From Anaeromyxobacteraceae bacterium (GTDB lineage Bacteria > Myxococcota > Myxococcia > Myxococcales > Anaeromyxobacteraceae): a stretch of 64,000 nucleotides of DNA. Shown piece after piece: positions 29,143 to 38,542 of the stretch. Where the stretch lies: positions 2,592,001 to 2,656,000 of the forward strand of contig JASGHJ010000002.1 of the NCBI GenBank assembly GCA_047602405.1, written 5' to 3'. The notes under the pieces are model-generated. The model was given only the letters and a program-made list of their open reading frames with translations, searched no databases and was not told the origin of the DNA. Numbering within the stretch: the stretch's first letter is position 1; each line of letters begins with the position of its first letter. The position numbers and the translations under genes are program-made.

Positions 29143-30303
29143 TCACATCCCGGGGAACGGGTACGGGGTCGAGCCGGTGAAGTCGATCTTCGAGAAGTCG
29201 AGGTCCTTCGAGCCGTCGGCGAGCACGGGCACCGGACCGAACTGCGGGTCGCACGCGCTCGCGTCGGTGCCGTTCACCTCGTGCGAGGCGCCCACGATGG
29301 TCGCGCCCGCCGCGTCCTCGGCCTTCATGAGCCAGTAGCTCTCGGCGAAGTCGGAGGAGCCCTCGTCCGGCGAGGCGTGGCAGGTCACGCCGACGACGCG
29401 GTCGATCGTGTGGGCGGGCAGCTGGCCGTTCACCATCAGCGCGTCGGAGCGGCCGTGCACGGCGCCGGCGGCGGTGCGGTACCAGCGTGAGACGAGCGAG
29501 ACGTCCGCGGGGAGGAGCGACGGGTTCGAGGGGCACGCGAAGACCATGTCCTCGTCGACGAGCAGGCTGCCGCCCTTGCCCTTCTCGTGCAGGTAGACCT
29601 GGTGCGTGGAGCGCGGGGCGGCCTTCACGGCGGAGAGGGCGTCGGTGTCCCAGATGACGTCCTTCGCGTCGGCGACCACGGTGCGGGTGCCGGCGAGCGA
29701 GGAGAAGGTGAACACGAGGGTGCCGGCGACGTCCTGCCCGGTCACCGAGGCGAGCTTCGTGAGGTCGATGGAGACGTGGCCCGAGCCCTCACCCGGCCTC
29801 GTCGCGTCCTTGCGATCGACGTCACCCGTCGTGACGGTCGTGAAGTCCGCGTCGGCGAGCTTCCTGAGCTGGAGCGTCCAGGTGTAGGTCGTGTCGCCGG
29901 TGCGGGTGACCGTGAACTTCCGCTCGAGCGTCGGGCCGACCGTGTCCCAGGTCGCGCTCTCGCCGACCTGGACCGGGTTGCCCTTCATCGCGAGCGCGAC
30001 GTGGCGCAGCGCGTGCCACAGGTGGCGGTTCACCCGGCGCGCGGTGTCGTGCGTGCGGACGAAGAGGTGCGGGTGGCAGGGGTCCTCGGTGACGGCCGAC
30101 TGGATGCCGGCGAGCTCGGAGGCGCTGGCCGGGGTGACGGCTTCGGAGAGCGCCGGGGAGACGGCGTCGGCGGCGGTGACGTCCATCGCGACCGCGTCGT
30201 AGGACGGCGCGCTCGCGGAGAGCGCTTCGACCGTGGTCGACTGCGAGGCGCCGCCGCAGGCGGCGAGGAACGCGGCGGCGAGGAAGAGGGAGAGGCGCTT
30301 CAT
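29143..30303 (-). CDS. Hypothetical lipoprotein
   Basis: MKRLSLFLAAAFLAAC lipobox; AGGAG RBS; GC3-biased. Confidence 0.8.
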   Translation of the reverse strand: MKRLSLFLAAAFLAACGGASQSTTVEALSASAPSYDAVAMDVTAADAVSPALSEAVTPASASELAGIQSAVTEDPCHPHLFVRTHDTARRVNRHLWHALRHVALAMKGNPVQVGESATWDTVGPTLERKFTVTRTGDTTYTWTLQLRKLADADFTTVTTGDVDRKDATRPGEGSGHVSIDLTKLASVTGQDVAGTLVFTFSSLAGTRTVVADAKDVIWDTDALSAVKAAPRSTHQVYLHEKGKGGSLLVDEDMVFACPSNPSLLPADVSLVSRWYRTAAGAVHGRSDALMVNGQLPAHTIDRVVGVTCHASPDEGSSDFAESYWLMKAEDAAGATIVGASHEVNGTDASACDPQFGPVPVLADGSKDLDFSKIDFTGSTPYPFPGM

Positions 30304-30516
30304 GTTCGGCTCCTGGAAGGGGGGTGCAGCGGGTCCGCCTCTTCGAACACGCGACCGCAGGCAAGGTTGCGCCCCGTAACGCCGGGCCCGCTCCGGAGAC
30401 CGCAGTGATCCGGAGGTCCCGCCGTGAGCAGCCCTGCAGCGGAAGCGCCAGGTACCCGGGTGGGACACAGGCTCCGCGAGCGTATCCGTACGCCTCCCAC
30501 ACCGGAATCGTGGGGT

Positions 30517-31221
30517 ATGGTGTTCGCTCGCGTGCTGTCCGATCCCGACGCCCCTGGCGAGGTCCGCGACGCGGGCCGCCCCTCCGGCTCCATCCCCGGG
30601 GTGGAGGAGTGGGCGCTCGTCGAGGCGCTCCAGGCCGGGGACGAGGCGGCGTTCCTCGCGCTCGTGGATCGCTACCACGCGGAGATGGTGCGGGTGGCCT
30701 CGACGATCGTGCGGACGCGGGCCTCGGCCGAGGACGTCGTCCAGGAGGCCTGGCTCGGCGTCGTGCAGCGCGTGCACGCGTTCGAGTCGCGCAGCAGCGT
30801 CCGGACGTGGCTCTTCCGGATCGTGACCAACTGCGCGAAGGGGCGGCGCGCGCGCGAGCGCGACGTCCCCTTCTCCGCGCTCGCCGAGCAGGGCGCCGAG
30901 GAGGGCCCGACGGTGGACCCCGATCGTTTCCACGCCGCCTCCGAGACGTACGCCGGGCAGTGGTCGCGTCCGCCGGAGGCCTGGGCCGACGACAAGCTCG
31001 CGGCACATCAGGCCGCCCGCCGGGTGCACGAGGAGATCGAGCGGCTCCCGGCCGCGCAGCGCGCGGTCATCGTGCTGCGCGACGTCGAGGGCCTGTCGTC
31101 GGAGGAGGTCTGCGAGTCGCTCGGGATCTCCGACGGCAACCAGCGCGTGCTGCTCCACCGCGCGCGCGCCCGGGTGCGGGCCGCCGTCGAGGCCCTGCTC
31201 GCCGAGGGAGGGCGCCCGTGA
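30517..31221 (+). CDS. ECF RNA polymerase sigma factor
   Basis: AEDVVQEAW, FESRSSVRTWLFRI, LPAAQRAVIVLRDVEG, VLLHRAR; start codon uncertain. Confidence 0.92.
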   Translation: MVFARVLSDPDAPGEVRDAGRPSGSIPGVEEWALVEALQAGDEAAFLALVDRYHAEMVRVASTIVRTRASAEDVVQEAWLGVVQRVHAFESRSSVRTWLFRIVTNCAKGRRARERDVPFSALAEQGAEEGPTVDPDRFHAASETYAGQWSRPPEAWADDKLAAHQAARRVHEEIERLPAAQRAVIVLRDVEGLSSEEVCESLGISDGNQRVLLHRARARVRAAVEALLAEGGRP

Positions 31222-31484
31222 GCGACGGCCGACCCGACATCTCCTGCGCCGAGCTCGTCGAGCTCGTGACCGACTACCTCGAGGACCGCATGGGCGAGGA
31301 CGAGCGCACCCGCCTCGAGCTCCACCTCGCCTACTGCCCGCCCTGCCGCGTGTACCTCGAGCAGGTGCGCGCCACGGTGGCGCTCGCCGGACGGCTGACG
31401 GAGGAGAGCGTGCCCGCGACGAAGCGCGACGAGCTCCTCGAGGCCTTCCGCGGCTGGGGCGGCGGCAGCCGGGGGCGCCGGTGA
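31218..31484 (+). CDS. Zinc-finger anti-sigma factor (zf-HC2)
   Basis: C.ELVELVTDYLE...HLAYCPPC; GTGA overlap with the sigma gene. Confidence 0.88.
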   Translation: MSDGRPDISCAELVELVTDYLEDRMGEDERTRLELHLAYCPPCRVYLEQVRATVALAGRLTEESVPATKRDELLEAFRGWGGGSRGRR

Positions 31485-32105
31485 TCGCGTACAAGTTCCT
31501 CGAGCGCGGCGCGGTCGGCCCGTTCAGCCGGTTCGTGTGGCCCCTGCCCGCCCCGGGAGAGCCCGGCCCCTGGGTCGAGGCGCGCGAGGCGCACGGGCGT
31601 CGCCGCGGCGTGTACGCCTGCCGGGCCGATCAGCTCGCCTGGTGGATCGACGAGGGAGCTCTTCCGGATCGAGCTCGGCGGCGAGATCTCCGTCGGGCCG
31701 GTGCAGGTGGTGGCCGAGCGCGCGCGCCTCCTCGAGCCCGTCGAGGCCTGGGCCTCCGGCGGCGCGGCGCGCTTCGCGGCCGACTGCGCCGGGCGCCTCG
31801 CCGCGGCGGCCGCCGCGACCGCCCGGGCCGCGGGCCTGCGCGACGCCGCCGACGCCCTCGCGGACGCTTCCGGGCTCGGCGCCCTCTCGGCGGCGGCCCG
31901 GGCGGCGGCGGGCGCGACGTCCGGGCCCTGCCGCCTCGTGCTCGCGCTCGCGGCGGACGGCGCCGCGCTCGCCGGCGCCGGCAGCGCGTCCGGCGCGGCC
32001 TACGTCGCCGCGCGTGCAGCCCGCCTCCTCGCCGGCGACGAAGGCTTCCGCGCCGAGCGCGAGGAGCAGGGCCGCCGCCTCGCGCTCGAGATCGGCGCCG
32101 CGTAG
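31481..32105 (+). CDS. Hypothetical protein (one +1 frameshift at about 31654-31656)
   Basis: GTGA-coupled start; removing one G gives WWIDEELFRIELGGE and joins ORF 31701..32105. Confidence 0.6.
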
Positions 32106-32280
32106 CGCACGGCCGGCTCGCCGGGCCCGCCGTCGCGTCAGCCACCTCCGCCCGCCGTTACACCCGCGACCCTTCGTGGCCCCCGCGTAACGCCCCGCCG
32201 TGCGGCGGGACGGAGGGCGTGCGTGGAAGCCGCGCCGGCCTGATGCCGACCGCGGACCGTTCCGCCACGGAGAACAACCC

Positions 32281-33382
32281 ATGTCGAATCCGTCACCTCG
32301 CCGGCACGTCCGGCCGTGCAGCGCTCGCCGCGGTGGCCCTCGCCACCGCCTTCACCGCGGGCGTCGCCCGCGCCCACGACGGGGCCGGCCTCGAGGCCGG
32401 CGCCGTCTACACGCAGTCGAACGCCACCGCCGGCAACGCGATCCTCGCGTTCCGGCGGGCCGCCGACGGCTCCCTCGCCGCCGCCGGCAGCTACCGCACC
32501 GGCGGCGCCGGCCTCGGCCGCGGGCTCGGGTCGCAGGGCGCCGTCGCGCTCAGCCCGAACGGCCGCTGGCTCTTCGCCGTCAACGCCGGCAGCAACAGCA
32601 TCTCCTCCTTCCGCGTGGACGCCCGCGGCCTCGCCCTCGCCGACGTGGTCGACTCCGGCGGCGTGCGCCCGGTGAGCCTCACCGTGCACGGCAACGTGCT
32701 CTACGTCCTCAACCAGGGCAGCGACGGCATCGCCGGGTTCTGGATCGGCAACCGGGGCGAGCTCGAGCCCATCCCGCACTCGGCGCGCCCGCTGAGCGCC
32801 CCGAACGCCAACGGCGCCGAGATCGCGTTCGGCCCGGACGGCGACGTCCTCGTCGTGACCCTCCGCGCACTCTCCGTCATCGACACGTTCGCGGTCGAGG
32901 ACGACGTCGCCGGGCCGGCGCAGGCGTCCCCCGCCGCGGGCCAGGGGCCGTTCGGGTTCGCCTTCGACCGCCGCGGCCGCATCTTCGTCACGGAGGCGGG
33001 CTCGACCACCGTGTCCTCCTACGCGGTCAGCGAGGACGACGGCGTCCGGGCGATCAGCGCCGCGGTCCCGGCCGGCGGCAACGCGCCGTGCTGGCTCGTG
33101 GTCACCCGGAACGGCCGCTTCGCGTTCGAGACGAACGCCGCGAGCGGGACCGTCTCGCGCTTCGCGATCGCCCACGACGGCTCCATCTCCTTCCTCGGCA
33201 CGGCGCCCGCGCTCGGCGCCGGGGTCACCGACGAGGCCCTCTCGGGCGGCAGCCGCTTCCTGTACGCCCTCATGGGCGGCAGCGGGGCCATCGACGGCTT
33301 CGCGGTGGGCCAGGACGGCGGACTGACGCCGATCCCGGGCGCGGTGCTGCCCGCCGGCGCGGCAGGCCTCGCGGCGCGCTGA
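32281..33382 (+). CDS. Secreted lactonase-family beta-propeller (probable +1 frameshift at 32286-32290; alternative in-frame ATG at 32243)
   Basis: AVYTQSN, LFAVNAGSNSISSF, PVSLT, APCW; GGAG RBS precedes ATG 32281. Confidence 0.85.
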
Positions 33383-33636
33383 TCCGGACCGCGACCGACC
33401 GTTCGACCGGAGTCGGGCGGCCCGGCGTCACCGGGCCGCCCGTCATGCTCGTGGGCCTCGGGGCCCACCCGGGGTTGGGCTTCACCCGCTGCCGGCGGCC
33501 ACCCGGACCCACCGTCGTCTGCGGCGAACCGCCCGTCCATCCGCAGGGTTCTGGACCGTGCGCCGGCCCATTTCACCGAGGGTAGACCGCGCCGGGGTGG
33601 TCCGGTTCCTGCTCTCTCGCGCGGGCGAGGTGAAGG

Positions 33637-34057
33637 ATGTCCTGGCGGCTCGAGCTTCTGACCGGCGACGACGGAGATCGACTCCCAGCACCGGGGTCTG
33701 CTCGAGGGCGTCGAGCAATTCTTCGGCGTGCTCGCCCGCGGCGACCGGGACGCGGCGCGCAGGGGCCTCGCCGCGCTGCGGGCAGCCTTCCTCCAGCATG
33801 CCGCGCACGAGGAGCACCTCATGGCCGTCACGCGGTACCCGCTCGCCGCCACCCACCGCGCCGGGCACGCGGCCGTCTTCCGCCAGGTGCGGTGGCTCGA
33901 GGCCGAGATCGAGGTGGGTGAGGCGTTCGATCAGCTGACCGCGACCGCGCGGTCGCTGCTCAGCGACTACATCGAGCAGCACGTCGCCGGCACCGATCGC
34001 GCGCTCGTGCGCTGGATCTCGAGCCGGCGCGAGGCGTCCTTCGGCAAGGTGGGCTGA
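33637..34057 (+). CDS. Bacteriohemerythrin (one +1 frameshift at about 33673)
   Basis: Corrected reading MSWRLELLTGDDEIDSQH, then HAAHEE, HRAGH, HVAGTD iron-ligand pattern. Confidence 0.82.
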
Positions 34058-34070
34058 GGCGGGGGGCGTC

Positions 34071-34532
34071 TCAGGCGACCGCAAGCGCTGCCCGCCGGTC
34101 GAGCCGGCGGAGCGCGAGCCCGGCCGCGAGCCCTCCGAGCCCGTTCCAGGCCACCGTCATCCAGGGCGTCCACGCCGCGCGGGCGACCGGCCGCTGCCCG
34201 AGCCCCAGCGCGGGCGAGAGCACGACCGCCCCTGCGCCGGCGGCGAGGCCGAGCAGGAGCCCGCGCCTCATCGGATGCGCTGCGCGGCCCCAGCCGACGA
34301 GCGCGTACCAGGCCGTATTGGACACGAGGTCGCCCGCGAGCGTCGCGGCGTACCCGCGCCGGCCCCGAGGCCGTGCGAGGCCTGCCGCGCCGAGCACGCG
34401 ATCGAGCCCCCGCGCGCCGATCACGTCCATCCTGGGCGCACCGGGGACGAAGCGACGCGCGACCTCGTGCACGCGGGTGAGCACCGCAGCGCCGACAGCG
34501 CCGGACAGGAAGGAGCGCGAGAGGGTGGACAT
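34071..34532 (-). CDS. Hypothetical membrane protein
   Basis: Hydrophobic segments; APRMDVIG, LAGDLVSN. Confidence 0.65.
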   Translation of the reverse strand: MSTLSRSFLSGAVGAAVLTRVHEVARRFVPGAPRMDVIGARGLDRVLGAAGLARPRGRRGYAATLAGDLVSNTAWYALVGWGRAAHPMRRGLLLGLAAGAGAVVLSPALGLGQRPVARAAWTPWMTVAWNGLGGLAAGLALRRLDRRAALAVA

Positions 34533-34627
34533 CCTCACAAGGTGCGCCTGCCCGGGGCCGTCCGCCTCGGGCCCGCTTCACCCTGCCGGGCCATCCGCGC
34601 GGAGGGCCCTCGTGGGGCGCAGGCCGC

Positions 34628-35827
34628 TCAGGACGAGCAGGTCGAGCCGCACTTCCCGGCCGCGTCGCAGAAGCTCGTGTTGACGGGCGGCGGCGAGGAC
34701 GACGCGGCGCCCGCCTGGTGCGGGTTGTCGGTGGAGATCCCGGCGCACCACTGCCAGTACGGCACGGGGCTCGTGTTGCTCCGGAAGAGCGAGTCGTGCA
34801 GGACGAGCTGCGCGTGCGAGCCGTTCCCGGTGAGGAACACGGCCGCGCCGAACTCGTTCGCGGCGTTGTCCCGCACCTCGGTCCCGCAGAGGGTGACGTC
34901 CGCGCCGTCGCCGCCGTCCTTGTAGATGGCGCCGCCGTTGCCACCCGAGCCGGTCTGGTGCTGGCCGGCGTGGACGCAGGCGCACCTCGTCGCGTCGTCG
35001 TCGTTGGCGCCGTGGCCCACGGCCGCGTTGCCCTCGAAGAGGCTGTCGATCACGAAGGCGCCCGCCCAGAGCATGCCGAACGCGCCGGCGTTGCTGGCCC
35101 GGTTGTTCCGGAAGGTGCTCCCGACGACGTACGCCGGCGTCGCGGTGCCGAGGAGGTAGATCGCGCCGCCGCCGGTGTCCGGGCCGAGCAGCGCGGCCTC
35201 GTTGCCGGTGAAGGTGACGTCGACGATCCGGAGCTGCCCGTCGCGCATCAGGAGCGCCCCGCCCTGCCCGTCGTCGAAGCCCGTCGAGCAGCCGTCGTTC
35301 GGGAGCGTCGTGCAGGCCGGGATGGCCTGGGTCCCCGTCGCCTTCCCGTGCGCGAGCGCGAGGTGCTGGAGCGTGAGCCGGTCGAGGTTCTTCTGCCAGC
35401 TGCCCTCGTGGACGAAGGAGAGGATCCGCACCGCGCCGCCGCCGTCGAGCGTGACCGCGTTGCCGCCGTCGATCACCGTGTCCACCGCGGGCTCGTTCGC
35501 GTAGGCGTTGGAGGTGGGCGGCGTGAGCGTGGCGGTGACCGGGATCGTGACCGGCGACGGGCCGCAGTCGAACGTGACGACGCCGCCCTTCCTGACCGCG
35601 GCGTCGAGCGCCGCGAAGGTGCAGGAGGCCGGCGTGCCCGTGCCCACCACCGTCGTCGGGTGCGCGGTGTCGGCGAGGAGGGAGCCCGTGGGCAGGGCGA
35701 GGCTCGTGCAGTGGCCGTCCGGGTTGCCGGCCGGGAAGGAGATGCTGCCGCCGGTCGAGGGCGACGCCGCGCACGCGGTGGCGGCGAGGAGGGCGGCGAG
35801 GACGCCGTGATGCCGGGGCGAGACCAT
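34628..35827 (-). CDS. Lipoprotein with pectin-lyase-like beta-helix (GGA(I)/FxxN repeats)
   Basis: Lipobox ATAC; repeated GGAI and F.GN.A motifs. Confidence 0.75.
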   Translation of the reverse strand: MVSPRHHGVLAALLAATACAASPSTGGSISFPAGNPDGHCTSLALPTGSLLADTAHPTTVVGTGTPASCTFAALDAAVRKGGVVTFDCGPSPVTIPVTATLTPPTSNAYANEPAVDTVIDGGNAVTLDGGGAVRILSFVHEGSWQKNLDRLTLQHLALAHGKATGTQAIPACTTLPNDGCSTGFDDGQGGALLMRDGQLRIVDVTFTGNEAALLGPDTGGGAIYLLGTATPAYVVGSTFRNNRASNAGAFGMLWAGAFVIDSLFEGNAAVGHGANDDDATRCACVHAGQHQTGSGGNGGAIYKDGGDGADVTLCGTEVRDNAANEFGAAVFLTGNGSHAQLVLHDSLFRSNTSPVPYWQWCAGISTDNPHQAGAASSSPPPVNTSFCDAAGKCGSTCSS

Positions 35828-35865
35828 GACCTGCACACGAGCGGGCCACGGGTCCGTGTAGGTGG

Positions 35866-36786
35866 TCAAGCCCCCGCCGAGGCGAGCAGCCGGCCCTCCA
35901 CGAAGATGTACTTGAGGTCGGGGTGCCTGAGCTGGAGCGCCCGCTCGATCCGGGCGATGGAGCCGGCGAGCTGCGATGTCCCCAGGCCCGTCTTGAACTG
36001 GAGCTCCACGTTGAGGACCACGGTGTCCGGCCCGAAGTGCACGGTGAGTGCCCGGCCGACCTCGGCCACGGCGGGGTCCGCGGAGGCGATCGCCCGCACG
36101 TCCTCGAGCGTCGCCGGATTGGCCGCCTCCCCGACCAGCAGGCCCCGCGACTCCCGCGCGAGCACGAGCGCCACCGCCATGAGCAAGAGGCCGATGGCGA
36201 TGGAGGCGGCGCCGTCGAAGGCAGGCTCGCCGGTCGCGTGGGCGAGGAAGGTGCCGATGGCCGCGAACGCGATGCCGAGGAGCGCCGCGGTGTCCTCGAG
36301 CAGCACCACGAAGACGAGCGGGTCCTTCGTGCGCCGGATCTCGTCCCAGACGCCGCGGTCGCCCTTCGCCTGGAGGAACTCGCGCAGCGCGACCGTGAAG
36401 CTCGCCCCCTCGAAGACGAGCGCGAAGCCGAGGACCCCGTAGGTCGCGAGCGCGTGGTCGGCCGGGTGCGGCGCGAGCAGGTGGTGGATCCCCTCGTAGA
36501 CCGACATCCCGCCGCCGACCGCGAAGATGAGGAGCGCCACCACGGTGGTCCAGAAGTAGAGCTCCTTCCCGTGGCCGAACGGGTGCGCGGCGTCGGCGGG
36601 CCGGCGGCTCCGGCGCATGCCCACGAACAGCAGGAGCCCGTCGCCGGTGTCGACGAGCGAGTGGATGCCCTCGGACAGCATGGCCGAGCTGCCGGTGAGG
36701 GCCGCCACCGTGAACTTCGCGGCCGCGATGGCGGCGTTGCTCGCGATGGCGGCGACGACCGAGGCGTGACCGGACCCGTGCGCCAT
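35866..36786 (-). CDS. Cation diffusion facilitator family transporter
   Basis: SSAMLSEGIHSLVD, HPFGHGKE, LEDTAA. Confidence 0.92.
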   Translation of the reverse strand: MAHGSGHASVVAAIASNAAIAAAKFTVAALTGSSAMLSEGIHSLVDTGDGLLLFVGMRRSRRPADAAHPFGHGKELYFWTTVVALLIFAVGGGMSVYEGIHHLLAPHPADHALATYGVLGFALVFEGASFTVALREFLQAKGDRGVWDEIRRTKDPLVFVVLLEDTAALLGIAFAAIGTFLAHATGEPAFDGAASIAIGLLLMAVALVLARESRGLLVGEAANPATLEDVRAIASADPAVAEVGRALTVHFGPDTVVLNVELQFKTGLGTSQLAGSIARIERALQLRHPDLKYIFVEGRLLASAGA

Positions 36787-36881
36787 GCCCTACGCTGCGC
36801 ACGCCCCCGTGGCCTCACCGCGCGCGCGGATCGCCCCGCGCGAGCGCCCGCTCGCTCGGTCGGTGCCCTGACCGGAAAAGG

Positions 36882-36916
36882 CGACGGGCGCCTCGGAGTG
36901 ACCCGAAGCGCCCGTC
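36882..36916. terminator. Hairpin downstream of tRNA-Ala, probable terminator
   Basis: GACGGGCGC...GCGCCCGTC inverted repeat flanked by AAAA and TTGTTT. Confidence 0.5.
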
Positions 36917-36930
36917 TTGTTTCAGCGTAT

Positions 36931-37006
36931 TGGTGGACCCGACCAGGATCGAACTGGTGACCTCCTGAATGCCATTCAGGCGCGCTCCCAGCTGCGCCAC
37001 GGGCCC
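36931..37006 (-). tRNA. tRNA-Ala (GGC)
   Basis: 76 nt GGGCCCG...GGTCCACCA; G3:U70 pair, GTTCGAT T-loop, anticodon GGC, encoded CCA. Confidence 0.97.
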
Positions 37007-37048
37007 GTATTCACTTGTCGTGCTGCCGTACCGCTGAACTGCGTGCTG

Positions 37049-37339
37049 CTACGTCGTGCTGCCCTGCGGCTTGAGGTGCTCGTTCTTCAGCGCCTCCAGC
37101 TTGCGGTCGATCTCCTGGAGCTGCTCCTCCAGGCTCTTCACCGCGTCGAAGTACCGCCCGAGCTCCTGCGGAACCTCGATCCGCCCGGCCTGGCACAGCG
37201 CCCTGAAGCGCTCCCCCAGCACCCGGTTGGCCTCGTCGAGCTTGCGGCGGACCTTCGTCCGGTCGAGCTTTCGCTTGCCGACCTGCGACCGGTGCACGAC
37301 CCGGTCCCGCAACGTCTCGAGGAAGTCCGAGAAACTCAC
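37049..37339 (-). CDS. Hypothetical coiled-coil protein (96 aa)
   Basis: GC3-biased ORF with heptad pattern; TTGACG-N18-TAATCA upstream. Confidence 0.7.
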   Translation of the reverse strand: MSFSDFLETLRDRVVHRSQVGKRKLDRTKVRRKLDEANRVLGERFRALCQAGRIEVPQELGRYFDAVKSLEEQLQEIDRKLEALKNEHLKPQGSTT

Positions 37340-37475
37340 CGCGCTACCAGAACCTCTCTTCCCCCGCCGGCCCCGTCGGACCGGTTGGGAGGGCAGTGAT
37401 TAGCGCGTAAGGCCCGGACGCGTCAAGGTGGTTCTGTCGCGGCGAACGGTCCCGTTCTACACTCGTTACCGACAC

Positions 37476-38354
37476 ATGCGCCGCCTGCTCGCCCTCCTCG
37501 CCGCCCTCGCCCTGGCCCCCGTGGCCGGGGCGGACGAGCCGCCCGAGAAGGCGCCCGAGAAGCCTGCCGAGGCCGCGCCGGCCTCCGCCCCCGCCGAGGC
37601 TACCCCGCCCCCCGCCACCTCCCCGGAAGCGCCGGGCTACAGGCCCCGCTTCTGGCGCGAGTGGTTCCCGGAGCCGACCTCGGCCCCGGCGTCGCCGTTC
37701 TGGTGGGGCTGGAGCTGGGGCTGGGGCTACTACCCGGTCTACCCCGGCCACGACATGAAGCGCCCGGAGGGCGTCGCCTTCCCGGAGCCGCAGCCGGATC
37801 GCATCACGACCACGCTGCACTTCGCCGGCGCGGCCAGCTCCCACGCCGGCGTGGCGGGGCTGCGGCTCGCCATCGACGGCCGGCGGCTCGGCTTCGAGGC
37901 GAGCGTGGACGCCCTCGCGCTCGGGTCGAAGACCTCCACGGAGGTGAACCCGGTGAGCGGCACGCAGACGCTGGGCGTCGCGTCCGCGTTCGGGACCTTC
38001 TCCTTCGTGTCGGAGCGGAACGTGCGGGTCCGGCTCGAGGCGGGCGGGGCCGTGCTGTCGATCCCGGACGCCGGCGCCTACGCCTCGCAGCCCTACGGCG
38101 GCAGCGTGCTCGTGGGGCCGGCCGTCGGCGTCTCCATGCACCTCGGCCTCGTGGGCCCCCTCGGCATCGAGGGCCACGCACGGCTGAGCCCGGCGCCGGT
38201 GCTCGTCGAGGACAGCCGGCTCGCCCTCGCCTTCCGGGCGGGGTCGCTCGCCTTCACCTACGGCCACCGTCGGCTGAGGGTGTACGGCGACGGCAAGGAT
38301 GCGCCGCGGCTGTCGTTCGGCGGGACCGAGGTCGGGCTCGCGGTCCGCTTCTGA
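37476..38354 (+). CDS. Hypothetical exported protein, probable outer-membrane beta-barrel
   Basis: Signal peptide, Pro-rich linker, amphipathic strands, C-terminal Phe (GLAVRF). Confidence 0.65.
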   Translation: MRRLLALLAALALAPVAGADEPPEKAPEKPAEAAPASAPAEATPPPATSPEAPGYRPRFWREWFPEPTSAPASPFWWGWSWGWGYYPVYPGHDMKRPEGVAFPEPQPDRITTTLHFAGAASSHAGVAGLRLAIDGRRLGFEASVDALALGSKTSTEVNPVSGTQTLGVASAFGTFSFVSERNVRVRLEAGGAVLSIPDAGAYASQPYGGSVLVGPAVGVSMHLGLVGPLGIEGHARLSPAPVLVEDSRLALAFRAGSLAFTYGHRRLRVYGDGKDAPRLSFGGTEVGLAVRF

Positions 38355-38358
38355 GCGG

Positions 38359-38469
38359 CTACTTCTTCGCGGAGGTCTTCTTCGCGGCCGCCTGACGCTT
38401 CTTGCGCGCCTTCCACTTCTGGCGGTTCCGGGACTTCACGCGGATGTGCTTGCTCTTCGAGTTGGCCAT
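38359..38469 (-). CDS. Small highly basic protein, 36 aa (not in ORF track)
   Basis: MANSKSKHIRVKSRNRQKWKARKKRQAAAKKTSAKK; AAGGAG RBS; almost every codon ends in G/C. Confidence 0.75.
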   Translation of the reverse strand: MANSKSKHIRVKSRNRQKWKARKKRQAAAKKTSAKK

Positions 38470-38542
38470 TCGTTCTCCTTGGGACGCGCTTTCTATCAGC
38501 AAGCCCGCGTCCGGGTAAACAGGCTGTGTCCGGGGGACTGCC

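Noticed and set aside
30358..30376. Sigma54 promoter for the lipoprotein at 30303
   Set aside because: TTGC is present but the -24 element does not give GGC at the correct spacing; too weak.
24900..36930. Genomic island integrated at tRNA-Ala
   Set aside because: Accessory-looking genes lie downstream of the tRNA, but I found no integrase, no duplicated tRNA 3' end and no compositional shift.
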